Assembly (NCBI RefSeq): GCF_001194135.2 | Contig: NC_069004.1 | Location: 8,783,972-8,847,971 of the forward strand | Direction: 5' to 3' | Source: Octopus bimaculoides | Taxonomy: Eukaryota | Length of the DNA: 64,000 bases | In this document: in pieces, positions 39,415 through 52,192 of the stretch | Layout of the letters: each line of letters opens with the position of its first letter | Numbering within the stretch: position 1 is the stretch's first letter | Program-made: the position numbers and the translations under genes | Notes under the pieces: model-generated | The model's database searches: none | Seen by the model: only the letters and a program-made list of their open reading frames with translations | What the model was told of the DNA's origin: nothing

Positions 39415-40260
39415 GTGGAATCTCGTTACAGTTATTGATGTTGTTGTTGGTATTGTTGATGGTGTTGGTAGTGGCGGGTGGTCATGGTGGGTGGTGTTTT
39501 TGGTGGTGGTGGTGGTGTTGGTGGTGGTGTTGGTGGTGTTGGTGCAATATGCACTTACTTTTCTTGTTTCCTTTCTTTCCAATCTCATCCTCTTCTCTCC
39601 TGCGTTATTTCGTCTTCGACCATCGCCGCCAACCCACCACCCACTACTCTCACAGCCAGCCACGCGCGCCACCCGCTGTCACAGCCCCACCTCGTCGTGT
39701 CTGCCTCCAACTGGCACACTATATTACACCGTAACAACATCACCACCACCACCACCACCGTAACATCACCACCACTACCACCACCACGACATTCAGCGCC
39801 GCCACCGCCGCCAAAAATCTCACCATCATTACCGCCACCACCACTATCATCACCAGTAGCACTACCACCTCTACCACCATCGCTACCACCATAATCACCA
39901 CCAGCACTACTATTATCACTAACACATCACAACCACCACTACAACAACAACACCAACACCAAACCTCTACCACCACTATCACCCTCACCCACCACAACCA
40001 TCACCACCACCTTAACCACTACAGCCTCTACCGCAGCACTCATTACCAACAAGGTCAACATTACCATTGTTACCACCATGATTACTAATACCATCATCTC
40101 AACTACCACTGCTACCTCACCGCCCTCCCTTGCCACCACCACTACCACCACCATCACCATTACCAGCGAAACCATCACCACCAACACCAATACTATCATT
40201 GCCGCTGACACTGACACAGCTATCCCAACCATCATCACCACCACCACCGCCACCACCATC
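39415..40260. repeat. (GGT/GTT)n followed by (ACC/CAC)n low-complexity tracts
   Basis: Direct reading; the ORFs here are poly-V/T/P artefacts. Confidence 0.85.
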
Positions 40261-40755
40261 CCTGTCTACTCCTTACAAATTGTTTATCGTTGTAGAAGTG
40301 ACGCCCTTAGCTTCTGATAGAAAACCTAAAACTACTGGCAAAGTTACCACATGTTAACCCAACTATTTCTGATTGCTTTTGCTCTCTCTCCCGAGTCTAT
40401 TATTCCTCTTTTCTATNNNNNNNNNNNNNNNNNNNNNNNNNNNNNNNNNNNNNNNNNNNNNNNNNNNNNNNNNNNNNNNNNNNNNNNNNNNNNNNNNNNN
40501 NNNNNNNNNNNNNNNNNNNNNNNNNNNNNNNNNNNNNNNNNNNNNNNNNNNNNNNNNNNNNNNNNNNNNNNNNNNNNNNNNNNNNNNNNNNNNNNNNNNN
40601 NNNNNNNNNNNNNNNNNNNNNNNNNNNNNNNNNNNNNNNNNNNNNNNNNNNNNNNNNNNNNNNNNNNNNNNNNNNNNNNNNNNNNNNNNNNNNNNNNNNN
40701 NNNNNNNNNNNNNNNNNNNNNNNNNNNNNNNNNNNNNNNNNNNNNNNNNNNNNNN

Positions 40756-40812
<57 letters not shown>

Positions 40813-42514
40813 TTCTTCATGATGCAGCAAAAAAGTACATTTGAAAGCATGAGTCTATGACAATGCTCGAATATACTAATGCTTGGTGTTCTTATTACAG
40901 CCTGCAGTATGAATATAACAAAATATCGGCAGGACACATCGTGTTTCAGGAAACTATGTGACTTAGAAAAATAGACACCGGTTTGGAACATTATCCTCCA
41001 GAACAAAATGAAAACTGATCTGAACCCAGTATAATAAAGCAATGATGCATCAAAATTTGTATTTTTGAAGCCAAGTCTTTTACATCTGATCGTGTATTTC
41101 ATTGCAAATTGCAGTAATATAGATAGCTACAGAAGTATTTTAAAATATGTAGAAAACTGTGCTCTGTAATCGCGACACAGGCGCCTTTCCTAGCGCTATC
41201 AATCTGTATATCGCTAGCGGGGTGAGGAATCTCTGCTGTCTGTAGCGGTTGAATGTCCATCATTGACAAGACCAAACAAGGTCGAAATTACGCGATCTAG
41301 TGGTCTCGGGGCTGCAGGTAGCAGGGATTTATCTTCCCACCTGAGATATAAACAGGAGTGCATTTTGGACCAAAAAAACAATACGAGAATTTTGGACGAG
41401 TGTGTGTGTGTGTTACAATGCTTATTTCCAGATGAAATGAGTATATAAACCCATTCCATGTATGGTGTTGATGTGTGAGGAAAAAGAAGGGGAGTTTCCT
41501 GACAGATTGTTTCGCATTGTGCTGCCCACTCCTCAGAGCAGATTGTCTCGGATTCCTTTCCCAATCGGTGGCTCAGAATATTCATCTATATTTATAAAGC
41601 AGTTAAAAATCAATCAGGCTAGTACCTTAGCGGATATCTTAATTTTCAGATTTCTGCTTTTGGACCAGCTGGCAACAGCTGCTAAACTGCCTCAGATATA
41701 CCGTAGTGTTTTCCATAAAGTATTTTCTCTTTGGACAATGTAGTGTAATATCTGATATACAAAAATGCAGGATGGTTGCGGTTGGAATGCCTGAAGTCGT
41801 AGGTTTACTGGATCACAGTTCATCTGGAGCTAAACAGCAAGAACGATAACAAAAACGATCACAGCTAGAACGATAACAACAACAACAACGATCACAGCTG
41901 GAACAACAGTTATATTTGTCACAGCAACGACAACAGAAAACAGACAACAGCATCAATAGTTGTAACAACATCGACCATAACAGTCTCAGCAGTAGTAGCA
42001 GCAACAACAAAAACAACAACAACAACAACAATGACATCTGCAGCAACGACGTTAATAACAACAGAAACGGCTACAGCAACAACAATGGCAATATCAATAT
42101 TAACGACTACAACGTGTACTAAATCCGCTGGAAAAATATCCCAATGTCAGTAAAGAAACGGTCTTGTCAGCAGCAAACACGCGAAAGTACACGTGTAGCC
42201 AACGAATGTGTTTCCTGTTGTGTACTTAAATATCACAAAGGCTGTCTGTTACCCATCATCATCATCATCAGATGGTTGGATTCTATCCACTTGAGATGTT
42301 TAAGAAAAAAATATTGTATCAGGTATCAAGACAAAGAATTAAACACGAATTTTTGTTGTGGTTTAGCCCAAGTTCACACATGGTTCAGAAAACCTATAAC
42401 ACCATGTAACACAATTTTTGTCCTTGAGCAAACTTATTTCCCTTTTGCGCCACCCCTAGAAAGTATGAAAAATGGCTAATAGTTCCTTCAAACTTTGTCT
42501 TTGTTACATTTATT

Positions 42515-42680
42515 CAAACCCCAAAGAATCCCTCTCAACACATGGCTATGATGTTCTCCCACTATTCCTGTTCACGATCAGAGACGCACAGGGAACATGT
42601 TCAAGTGGTTAAGATCAAGCAACTGAAAAGTAGATCTGTGGTATTGAGCAGAATATTTGTTATAACGATATTTCTGCTTC
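42515..42680. repeat. probable dispersed repeat fragment, unclassified
   Basis: CCCAAAGAATCCCTCTCAACACATGGCTATGATG...GTGGTATTGAGCAGAATATTTG has a SINE-like composition and resembles recalled octopus repeats; only one copy here. Confidence 0.35.
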
Positions 42681-42849
42681 AGCAACTTAGTGCTGAATTT
42701 GAAATGTAATGAAAAATAGGTCAGTTTCAAAACATTGATGTTCAGGCCACAAAAGCAAAGTTTGAAGGGAAAACCAGTGATTTCCTTTCATATCTAGATA
42801 GAAGCGAATAGGAGGCGCAATGAATCCAACTGTATTTGTCTTAATCTCA

Positions 42850-43270
42850 GACGCACAAGCATAGCGTATGCTATCGCTCATTTCTATTTACTAGGACCAA
42901 ACAAAACATTTGTAGGGTCCAACTGCACTCTTATCTGAGATGAACAAACATAGTCAAAATGACAGCTCGTCTCTGTTTAGTGGGATCAAAAAGCAACAAC
43001 ACTTGTCGGGTCGAGTTGCCTTTCTGTCTTTGTCTGGGACGCACAAACATAGCCTATACGACTACTCTTCTCTGTTTAGTTGGACCAAGCAACAGCAACA
43101 ATATATGTAAAGTCTAGTTGTACTCCTCGTCTTAACTTGGACGCACAAATATAGTGTATACGACAGCACATTTCTAATTAGTGGGGCCTGTATGGTCCAG
43201 ATGCCTCATTGTTTTATCTGGCGTATAAGCATAACCTATACGACAGCACATCCCTGTATAATGTGACCTG
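42850..43270. repeat. degenerate tandem repeat, about 80-102 bp period, 5 units
   Basis: Anchor GACGCACAAACATAG-like at 42850, 42939, 43038, 43140 and 43220, usually followed by TATACGACAGC...TTAGTGGG. Confidence 0.65.
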
Positions 43271-43993
43271 GCATGCAAAGAGGCAATGCATTCATCTGCA
43301 AATCTTCGACGTAACCAACGAACATCTACCACCAGATGTCTCCTTTTCATCTTTCACTCGTTCTCTACATTTTCTTTCTGTTTTTTACGCTTCTTCTTCT
43401 TCTTCTCTACCTACCTTCCTACCTACCTACCTACCTATCCATCTGTCTGTCTCTTTGTCTATCTATTACACACTGTATTACTTTGAATCATTTCACATAT
43501 ATCACTTTATACTTTCTTGATTTTTTAAATTTTCTTCTCATGTTTCTACTTTCACCAGCGAACAATCTAATACAGTTGCCATTACAAGAACGACACAGAT
43601 TCGTACAGACTACTCATATGCCATCATTGACACCAGCATCCATCCATCATGAGTGCGTGCGTAGGTGTGTACGTGCAAGCGCGCCCGTGTATGTGAGCAC
43701 GTGTATTTCTGTATTGCGTGCGGGTGTTCTTTTGAAGCTGAAATTATACTCAATGGCCGCCATCAGTTTTCAGATGTCCAAATGAGACCCTCGGAGTAGT
43801 AACACAGTAGACGTACAGTTTTCATCAAATGAATAAATAAATGATAAAATATTGGTATTCCTGTACACACATTCACATGGAGGTGTTTTTGTGCGTGAGA
43901 GTGCATGTATATACACATAGATATACACACACACATACTGTACATACATACATACCTACATACATACATACATACTGTACATACATACATACA

Positions 43994-44460
43994 CAGAGGT
44001 CGGACAGAATAATGGAAGCACCTTAAAATGTCAAACAAATATATTTTAATATGGGCTAGGACCGCCTTTGGCAGTAATTATAACTTGAATTCTACGAGGT
44101 ATTGACTTGTACAAAGTTTGAATTATTTCCAAAGGAATTTTTGTCCATTCTTCAGCTAAAACAGTCTCCAGTTCTTGTAGTGGTGATGCTGGAGGATATC
44201 GACTCCTTACTTGTTTTTCTAAAATGTATCACAAATGTTCAATAATATTGAAATCTGGGCACTGTGATAGGCAGATAAGATATTCAACTTCACTAGAATG
44301 TTCCTCGTGTGAATTGATGCATTATCATCCTGAAAGATTGTGTTTCCCTCCAGAAACAGTTCTGCAACCATAGGATGAATTTAATCAGATAAAATGCTTA
44401 AATAATTTTACTATTAATTCTGCCATGAAGGGAAACCATTGGGCCGGCGGATTTCCAAGA
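43994..44460 (-). pseudogene. Tc1 (DD34E-type) transposase 3' remnant with TIR
   Basis: Minus strand DDNASI (QDDNA-like), CPDFNIIEHL*, ELETVLAEEWTKIPLEIIQTLYKSIPRRIQVIITAKGGPSPY*; terminal CAGAGGTCGGACAGAATAATGGAAGCACC; truncated by gap. Confidence 0.88.
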
Positions 44461-44965
44461 TATANNNNNNNNNNNNNNNNNNNNNNNNNNNNNNNNNNNN
44501 NNNNNNNNNNNNNNNNNNNNNNNNNNNNNNNNNNNNNNNNNNNNNNNNNNNNNNNNNNNNNNNNNNNNNNNNNNNNNNNNNNNNNNNNNNNNNNNNNNNN
44601 NNNNNNNNNNNNNNNNNNNNNNNNNNNNNNNNNNNNNNNNNNNNNNNNNNNNNNNNNNNNNNNNNNNNNNNNNNNNNNNNNNNNNNNNNNNNNNNNNNNN
44701 NNNNNNNNNNNNNNNNNNNNNNNNNNNNNNNNNNNNNNNNNNNNNNNNNNNNNNNNNNNNNNNNNNNNNNNNNNNNNNNNNNNNNNNNNNNNNNNNNNNN
44801 NNNNNNNNNNNNNNNNNNNNNNNNNNNNNNNNNNNNNNNNNNNNNNNNNNNNNNNNNNNNNNNNNNNNNNNNNNNNNNNNNNNNNNNNNNNNNNNNNNNN
44901 NNNNNNNNNNNNNNNNNNNNNNNNNNNNNNNNNNNNNNNATATATATATATATATATATATATAT

Positions 44966-45125
44966 ATACGACGAGCTTCTTTCAGTTTCCGTCTACCAAA
45001 TCCACCCCCAATGCTTTGGTCAGCTTGACGCTATATTAGAAGACACATGTCCACGGTGCCACACAGTGGGAGTTAACCCGGATCCATAAATTTAGGAAGA
45101 AAGCTTCATACCACACACCCACGCC
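44966..45125 (-). mobile_element. SINE family C head and core
   Basis: ATACGACGAGCTTCTTTCAGTTTCCGTCTACCAAATCCAC...GGTGCCACACAGTGGGAG, abutting (TA)n and a gap. Confidence 0.8.
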
Positions 45126-45901
45126 TATATAAATATCTGTAAATAAACATATAATGCATACATACATTTACTATATATACGTATATATGTTATGCTATCT
45201 CTTTATATGTCAATACGCCAACACACAAAATTTACATGCACGAGAAACTGGTAAGCGTTTGTCCGATTCAAATCCTGAAAGCCATTTGTAATTCAAGAAA
45301 TTATGTATACATAATATATATATATATATATATATATATNNNNNNNNNNNNNNNNNNNNNNNNNNNNNNNNNNNNNNNNNNNNNNNNNNNNNNNNNNNNN
45401 NNNNNNNNNNNNNNNNNNNNNNNNNNNNNNNNNNNNNNNCTACATATGCATGTGTACATATACATGAGTGTGTGAATGTATGTGTGTGTATGTGTGTGTG
45501 TGCTTGTGTGTGTGTTTGGCAGTATCATTTCGTACCGAGTAATATACAGCCCAGCCCAGCTGGGTCTCATTTACAAAGGATATTCTGCAGCAGAACCTTT
45601 CGAAAAGTAAAAAAACAAATCTTACAAACCAGTAACAACGACGACGACGACGACGAGGACGACGACAACACCAACAACAATTGTAATAATAATAGTAATA
45701 ACAACAACAACAACTACAACAACAACAACAACAACAACGACATACTAAAAATATATTCATATGGCAGGTTTTAGTTCGTTTTATTTCTCTTAAAACATCT
45801 TAACTTCAACCTATATTTCCTGCACTTCGCACATTTTACACTTGTCTTTAATACACATACACACATATATATGTATTAATAAACATGCATATATGCATAT
45901 A

Positions 45902-45934
<33 letters not shown>

Positions 45935-46420
45935 CATATGTATATATGTACAAGCCTTTATATATATGCATATATATATATATATATATATGTATGTATT
46001 TGTGTATTTTCCCACCCACATCTTAAATCCTTTCTGTCCAGTTGTTTGTAATACATCTGGTACTTTTTTTATCTTCATACACACAGAGTTCTTTACTCTC
46101 CCCCATTCCCATAATACTCCCAATACTTATATCATCTTTGCTATATTTTTCCTCTTCACAACAACTGTGTTTTTTTTTCTTTTATTTCCTATAGTACATA
46201 TAATCATTTTAATAGTCACATAATATGCGTATGTTAACGTTTTCTTTATAGTTGTGCTTGCACACACACACACACAAACACATATACATGTACATATGTA
46301 TATATATATATGTTTATTATATGTATATATATATATATAACACACACATAAATATATACAAATACGTACGCACAGACACGCACACATATACACAAATATA
46401 TGCATATATACGAGCATATG

Positions 46421-46456
<36 letters not shown>

Positions 46457-46744
46457 TATATATAAGCGTGGAAATGTGAATTATATGCGAAGGGGTTTTA
46501 ACTCTTATGTGTAGATATGAATGTTCATGATGCATAAATTATTTCATTCTCACGTACATTCATATATTTATGCATACCTACCTACCTACCTACCTACCTA
46601 CATAGTACATACCCCCCACACACATTCACACAAATACACGCATACACACAAATACACGCATACACAATACATACACATGTACTTATCTACCTACGCACGC
46701 ACGTACATACGTACTTACGTAAGTAAGTATGCATGTATATAATC

Positions 46745-46975
46745 GAGCGAACATATTAAAGTGCTGTGTCCGCAACGAATCTTGAAATGAAAAACAGTTA
46801 GAAGGGCTGGTTGGAGGCTCAACCTTCCGAATTCTTCTACAGGGTTTGGAAAAACTGAAGGAGCGCTGCAATAAGGGTGTGAATCCGTGAGGGGAATATG
46901 TTGAATAAGATCATAATTAACCGATCCCATTGTATTTTCTTTTACTCAACGTCAGGAACTTTTCTACACCTCCTC
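46745..46975 (+). pseudogene. mariner 3' fragment with TIR (irritans-like)
   Basis: GWLEAQPSEFFYRVWKN/LKERCNKGVNP*GEYVE*, then terminal TCAGGAACTTTCTACACCTCCTCG|TA. Confidence 0.8.
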
Positions 46976-47075
46976 GTATATATATAGTTGAAATTTATAT
47001 AAAAAAATAAAAGACGAAGACTGGTGTATGAACAACAAGCAGGTGTATTAGTTTAACGCTCGGGAATAGAGAAAG

Positions 47076-47112
47076 TCTTTAACGTTTCGAGCTACGCTCT
47101 TCAACAGAAAGA
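47076..47112 (-). ncRNA. minimal type I hammerhead-ribozyme-like motif with variant core
   Basis: TCTTT-CTGTTGA-A-GAGC(GTA)GCTC-GAAA-CGTT-AAAGA: stem I, core, stem II, GAAA and palindromic ACGT stem III in hammerhead order. Confidence 0.5.
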
Positions 47113-47583
47113 ATACGGACAAAACAAGGAGAGAAAAAATTGAATGTTTTGGTCAGCGATATATATNNNNNNNNNNTAGTTGATAAGGTTGTGTAAACAA
47201 TATTTATCTTTACACAGAAGGCGATTGAGACAAAATTACATCTAAAAATAGAAACCAGTAACTGGTAGGAAGGACGAAGCTCTGGGGGTGGGGGGTGGGT
47301 GGGAGAGGGAGGATCTGTAAAACAATACGGGAGAGGCAAAGTTACTAAAAATATTATCTGAGGGGTCCCCATCCTAACCATATCCTTTAAAGACAGTATA
47401 TATAAATATATACACTAGCTTCGAAGGATCTGAGTAATTATCTGAATTTTGTTCTTATTCTTATATATATATATATATATACACATAGATATGTGTTTAT
47501 ATACACATATACACATATATATATATGTATATATATATATATGTATTTATATGTATGTATGTGTGTATATGTATATATTGGCA

Positions 47584-47745
47584 CAGGAGTGGCTGTGTGG
47601 TAAGAAACTTACTTCTCATCCACATAGTTCCGGGTTCAGTCCCACTGCATGGCACCTTGGACAGGTGTCTTCTACTATAGCTTCGGGCCGACCAAAGCCA
47701 TGTGAGTGGATTTGGTAGACGGAAACTGAAAGAAGCTCGTCGTAT
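47584..47745 (+). mobile_element. SINE family C head and core
   Basis: CAGGAGTGGCTGTGTGGTAAG...GGTTCAGTCCCACTGC...GAAAGAAGCTCGTCGTATAC followed by a microsatellite. Confidence 0.88.
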
Positions 47746-47772
47746 ACATATACATACATATATACATACATA

Positions 47773-47803
<31 letters not shown>

Positions 47804-48499
47804 TGCGACTTTGACTCTGAGCCTGATGTTTCTATTGTAACGGGGTTTCCAAAACGAATCCCTGGATACGCTGTCAGACATCACGAGTATTATACTACCA
47901 TAGCTTCACGTGGTCAATCTATTACGCAAGCAATCAGCGTCAAGCCATTGCATTATTTCAGTCGTGTGATTCTAGAATCTTCTTGTATCCTATAGAAGGA
48001 CGCTTTCGGCGGTAATTAACTTCAGAATGTCGAGGCACCTATGCATTATGTGCCTACATTTTTTTCACACCAGACGGTTCAATCACTTCGAATATAGAAT
48101 TGTTTCCAGTTATGTTGGCGAGCCAAAATGTTACTGCATCAATAACTTACCATAAACTCCAAGCACTATATATTTCTCAGAATGTAATTATTGTAGTTAT
48201 CAGTGCAACGATGCTTGACTTTATATGCGATAACAAAATCAAGGCAAAAACGATGTTTGATTTAATATGCGATAATAACATCTTCTGTTAAATATTTACG
48301 AGTTGTTGTTCAGCTATTTTTTCACGCAGCTCAAGACACATATTTCCATTAATCAACTCAACTAGTCATCACATCAGGTCTGCCAACAAACACCATCACC
48401 CCCAATGCTCATTCATATCGCACCAGTTATCCTTTCTCAGCGGGGTTTTTTTTAAGGCTTGGTAGATTTGAGAAAACTATCAGAGCCTCAGACAAAATA

Positions 48500-48665
48500 C
48501 CTTACAGTATTTGCAACGGTTTTATACGTCCCGTGTTCAAATCCAGGCGAGGTCAACTGTACCTTTCATCGTTCTTGAAATGAAATATCAGTCAAGTATT
48601 GGCGGCGTTCTAATCGACTTTTCGTCTCCTCAAAAATTTCTAACTTTGTTGCCTACGTCAGAAAC
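48500..48665 (+). mobile_element. SINE family B, highly diverged
   Basis: GTTCAAATCCAGGCGAGGTCAAC...CCTTTCATC...TAATCGACTT...AAAAATTTC. Confidence 0.6.
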
Positions 48666-49037
48666 AACAACAGCAACACACACATTCAGTACCACTTATA
48701 TACACATTTACGCACACACGCTCACCTACACAGATAGATGTAAGAGATAGCGTTTGTCTTTTGTTTTGTACGGCTTTAGCGTGTGAAAAAAGTTCTAGAA
48801 TGCTTGGAAGCTTGTAATCCTTCGTTGAGCATTATTGGAGGGCTTTAGATGTAGAACTGAGAGAAATATAAAATTATATACATAAATACATACGTATATA
48901 AATATACATATACATATATGCATACATATAAATACACAGATACTCAAATATATACATATACTCATATATACAAAAATGCATACATATATATACATGTGTG
49001 TGTACATATTTATATGTATATATATATTAGAGATACG

Positions 49038-49079
<42 letters not shown>

Positions 49080-49359
49080 AATAAATATGAATGACGCAAA
49101 TATAGTGAGGGAGTGAGACAGAAAGAGAGAGAAGTGGTAGAAAGAAAGAGAGTCACAGAGTGAAGAAGTGGGTAGAGTTGAAGAGATAAAGACAATGAGA
49201 AGAGTAGAGACATACAAAGACTTAGCATGCTGAAGTCACAAGAGACCGACAGAGGAGACACGGCGGGACAAGGAGATAAAGAAGCGGAAGAGAGAACGAC
49301 TGGGTTATAAAACAATCATAGTCAGAGAGAAAGAAAGTGTTATATATATATATATATAT

Positions 49360-49457
<98 letters not shown>

Positions 49458-49873
49458 AGAGAGAGAGACAGACAGAGACAGACAACAAACAAGCAGAAAG
49501 AACATAAAAGAGTGTGTATGTATGCAAGGCAGGGAATTAGAAAGANNNNNNNNNNGTGCGTGTGCGTGCGTGTGCGTGTGCGTGCGTGTGCGTGTGCGTG
49601 CGTGCGTGTGCGTGCGTGTGCGTGTGCGTGAGCTTTGTCTAGACACACACTTACATGTCTATAGACACGTCTACATTGAAACGTATATAAGCAACCAAAC
49701 ACGAATTCACAAAATAATACACACACACACACACGCACACATTAACACATATATAACATACAGTACTTTATACACACCATTACCCCGTTATGTATATATA
49801 CTTGTATATATGTATGTATGCATCTATGAATGTATGTATGCACGTATCTTTACGTTTTCTCACTCGCAATATA

Positions 49874-50124
49874 TTGGGTTGGTGCACAATTATTGCGACT
49901 TTTTTTCAACAAATTTTATTCAACAAAAACAATAACAGTATTTAACAAAAACAGCTTTAAATGACTGTCTGACCGTCTGCCAAGCAAATGGGAAGCAGTA
50001 ATTGAAGTAGATGGTGAATATGCTCCGGAATAATCATTTAAAGATGTTTTTGTTAAATATTGTTATTGTTTTTGTTGAATAAAATTTGTTCAAAAAAAGC
50101 CGCAATAATTAGGCACCAGCCCAA
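49874..50124 (+). mobile_element. mariner-derived MITE with 91-bp inverted arms
   Basis: Hsmar1-like termini TTGGGTTGGTGCA; TA on both flanks; arms 84/91 identical; spacer encodes LSDRLPSKWEAVIEVDGEYAPE*. Confidence 0.92.
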
Positions 50125-50140
50125 TAGATGTGTGTGTGTG

Positions 50141-50240
<100 letters not shown>

Positions 50241-51565
50241 TCAATATATGTTTATATGTATCTACATATATGTTTTTAGATACAAGCATATATGCATATA
50301 TATGCATGTATATATATATATAAACATATATACATACACTCACCACACAAGCAGACATACATACATACATACATACACATATGCTGGGAATGCTAGAATC
50401 ACTACGACGGAAGTTAAAATATGCGAGCAAAGTGCTGTTGAAAATATGCTTGATGACGTGAAGAAGAACCAACGCAAAAACAACCACAACACCACAAGCA
50501 CCACCACCACCACCACTACCACCATCACCTCCAACATCAACAGCATCATCAGAACTTCTACTACTCCCTACCCCCACCACTACCAATAACAAAAAAGCAA
50601 CGCTAAGTTACACCAGCCGTCCTTTAAGTCATATTCAAGCTTATTTTAAAACTTCTCAGAAAGGCAAAACAGAATAACGATTAAAAAAAAAACATGTTAA
50701 AAAAAAAAGAAAAGAATCAGCCCCAATTAGCCAGAAGTATGCAGAGTTTCGCGCCTAAAAGACATTATGGGTACCGCCTCTGCTGCTGCTATATGGGTGG
50801 TTTGTCAGGAACGTTGATACCCCCTCTCCGCAATGTCTATTTTCATGAGGCGATATTTTGCAATGAAGTTTTTATTGGAAGCGTTTTTGAAAAAAATTAA
50901 GTTTTAACTCTGCTACCATGAAATCCATCGTTCTTGTTGTTGTTGCTACTGTTTAAGGAGCAGATTGTCTCAGGCCTCACTGATTAAGTCCGGCCCTTTG
51001 TTTAGCTTGTCATAATTTTTATCGGGCACCGGTTTACTTGGTTCCGACCACGCTGAAGTTTGCATGCATGATTTCCTTCTCAACTGAATGTCCGAAACGT
51101 CCTTCAGATAAAATGCATTCCTGCTGAGATAGTTAAAATTATCGAGGGTTACATTATTTACTGTGTCGCATGATCTAATGTGCCGCTTACATTAACTAAT
51201 GTGTCATTTTTATTTCTAAGTAATATTCTTCTTTAAAATCTCTTTTGCCAACTCCTGTAGTTTCAAATTTAATATTATTCAAGTCAAATATATTTGACCC
51301 CGTAACTTTTGATGCATTTCAAACTTTGGAGCATTTTCAGCCATCTTTCAACATCCTTAAACAAACAATATTGGAGGGAGCCTTTGAGCTATTTGACCTG
51401 GAGAGAATTCTAACTGGTGGTAAGGTTGAAGATTATATGTCATAAATTTTGCGCGATCGAGGTCCATTAGAGCAGAGAGTGGATTCCTGAAGAACAGCAA
51501 CAGCAGCTTGTACAACAGTCCTGATTTCAGCATTCGGATAACTAACCTATGGGTTGGATTGTGTG

Positions 51566-51868
51566 TTGGCACTCCGTCGCTTACGACGACGAGGGTTCCA
51601 GTTGATTCGATCAACGGAACAGCCTGCTCATGAAATTAACGTGCAAGTGGCTGAGCACTCCACAGACACGTGTACCCTTAACGTAGTTCTCGGGGATATT
51701 CAGCGTGACACAGTGTGACAAGGCTGACCCTTTGAATTACAGGCACAACAGAAACAGGAAGTAAGAGTGAGAGAAAGTTGTGGTGAAAGAGTACAGCAGG
51801 GTTCGCCACCATCCTCTGCCGGAGCCTCGTGGAACTTTAGGTGTTTTCGCTCAATAAACATTCACAAA
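51566..51868 (-). mobile_element. SINE family A, head lost in gap
   Basis: Reverse complement of the A body from the TGCC end to GTGAATGTTTATTGAGCG. Confidence 0.9.
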
Positions 51869-52192
51869 NNNNNNNNNNNNNNNNNNNNNNNNNNNNNNNN
51901 NNNNNNNNNNNNNNNNNNNNNNNNNNNNNNNNNNNNNNNNNNNNNNNNNNNNNNNNNNNNNNNNNNNNNNNNNNNNNNNNNNNNNNNNNNNNNNNNNNNN
52001 NNNNNNNNNNNNNNNNNNNNNNNNNNNNNNNNNNNNNNNNNNNNNNNNNNNNNNNNNNNNNNNNNNNNNNNNNNNNNNNNNNNNNNNNNNNNNNNNNNNN
52101 NNNNNNNNNNNNNNNNNNNNNNNNNNNNNNNNNNNNNNNNNNNNATTTGCTATTGTTATGGTTGTTGTTGCTGTTGTTATATTCATTGTTGT

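Noticed and set aside
39363-40357. Proline/threonine/valine-rich ORFs resembling mucin or extensin
   Set aside because: Trinucleotide low-complexity DNA open in several frames on both strands, with no splice or codon evidence.
42850-43270. CRISPR-like repeat-spacer appearance (also 36118-36990)
   Set aside because: Eukaryotic context, degenerate repeats, mutually homologous spacers and no cas genes.
47804-47995. 64-codon open frame in unique DNA (CDFDSEPDVSIVTGFPKRIPGY...)
   Set aside because: No convincing splice sites or recognisable motif; length is within chance expectation.
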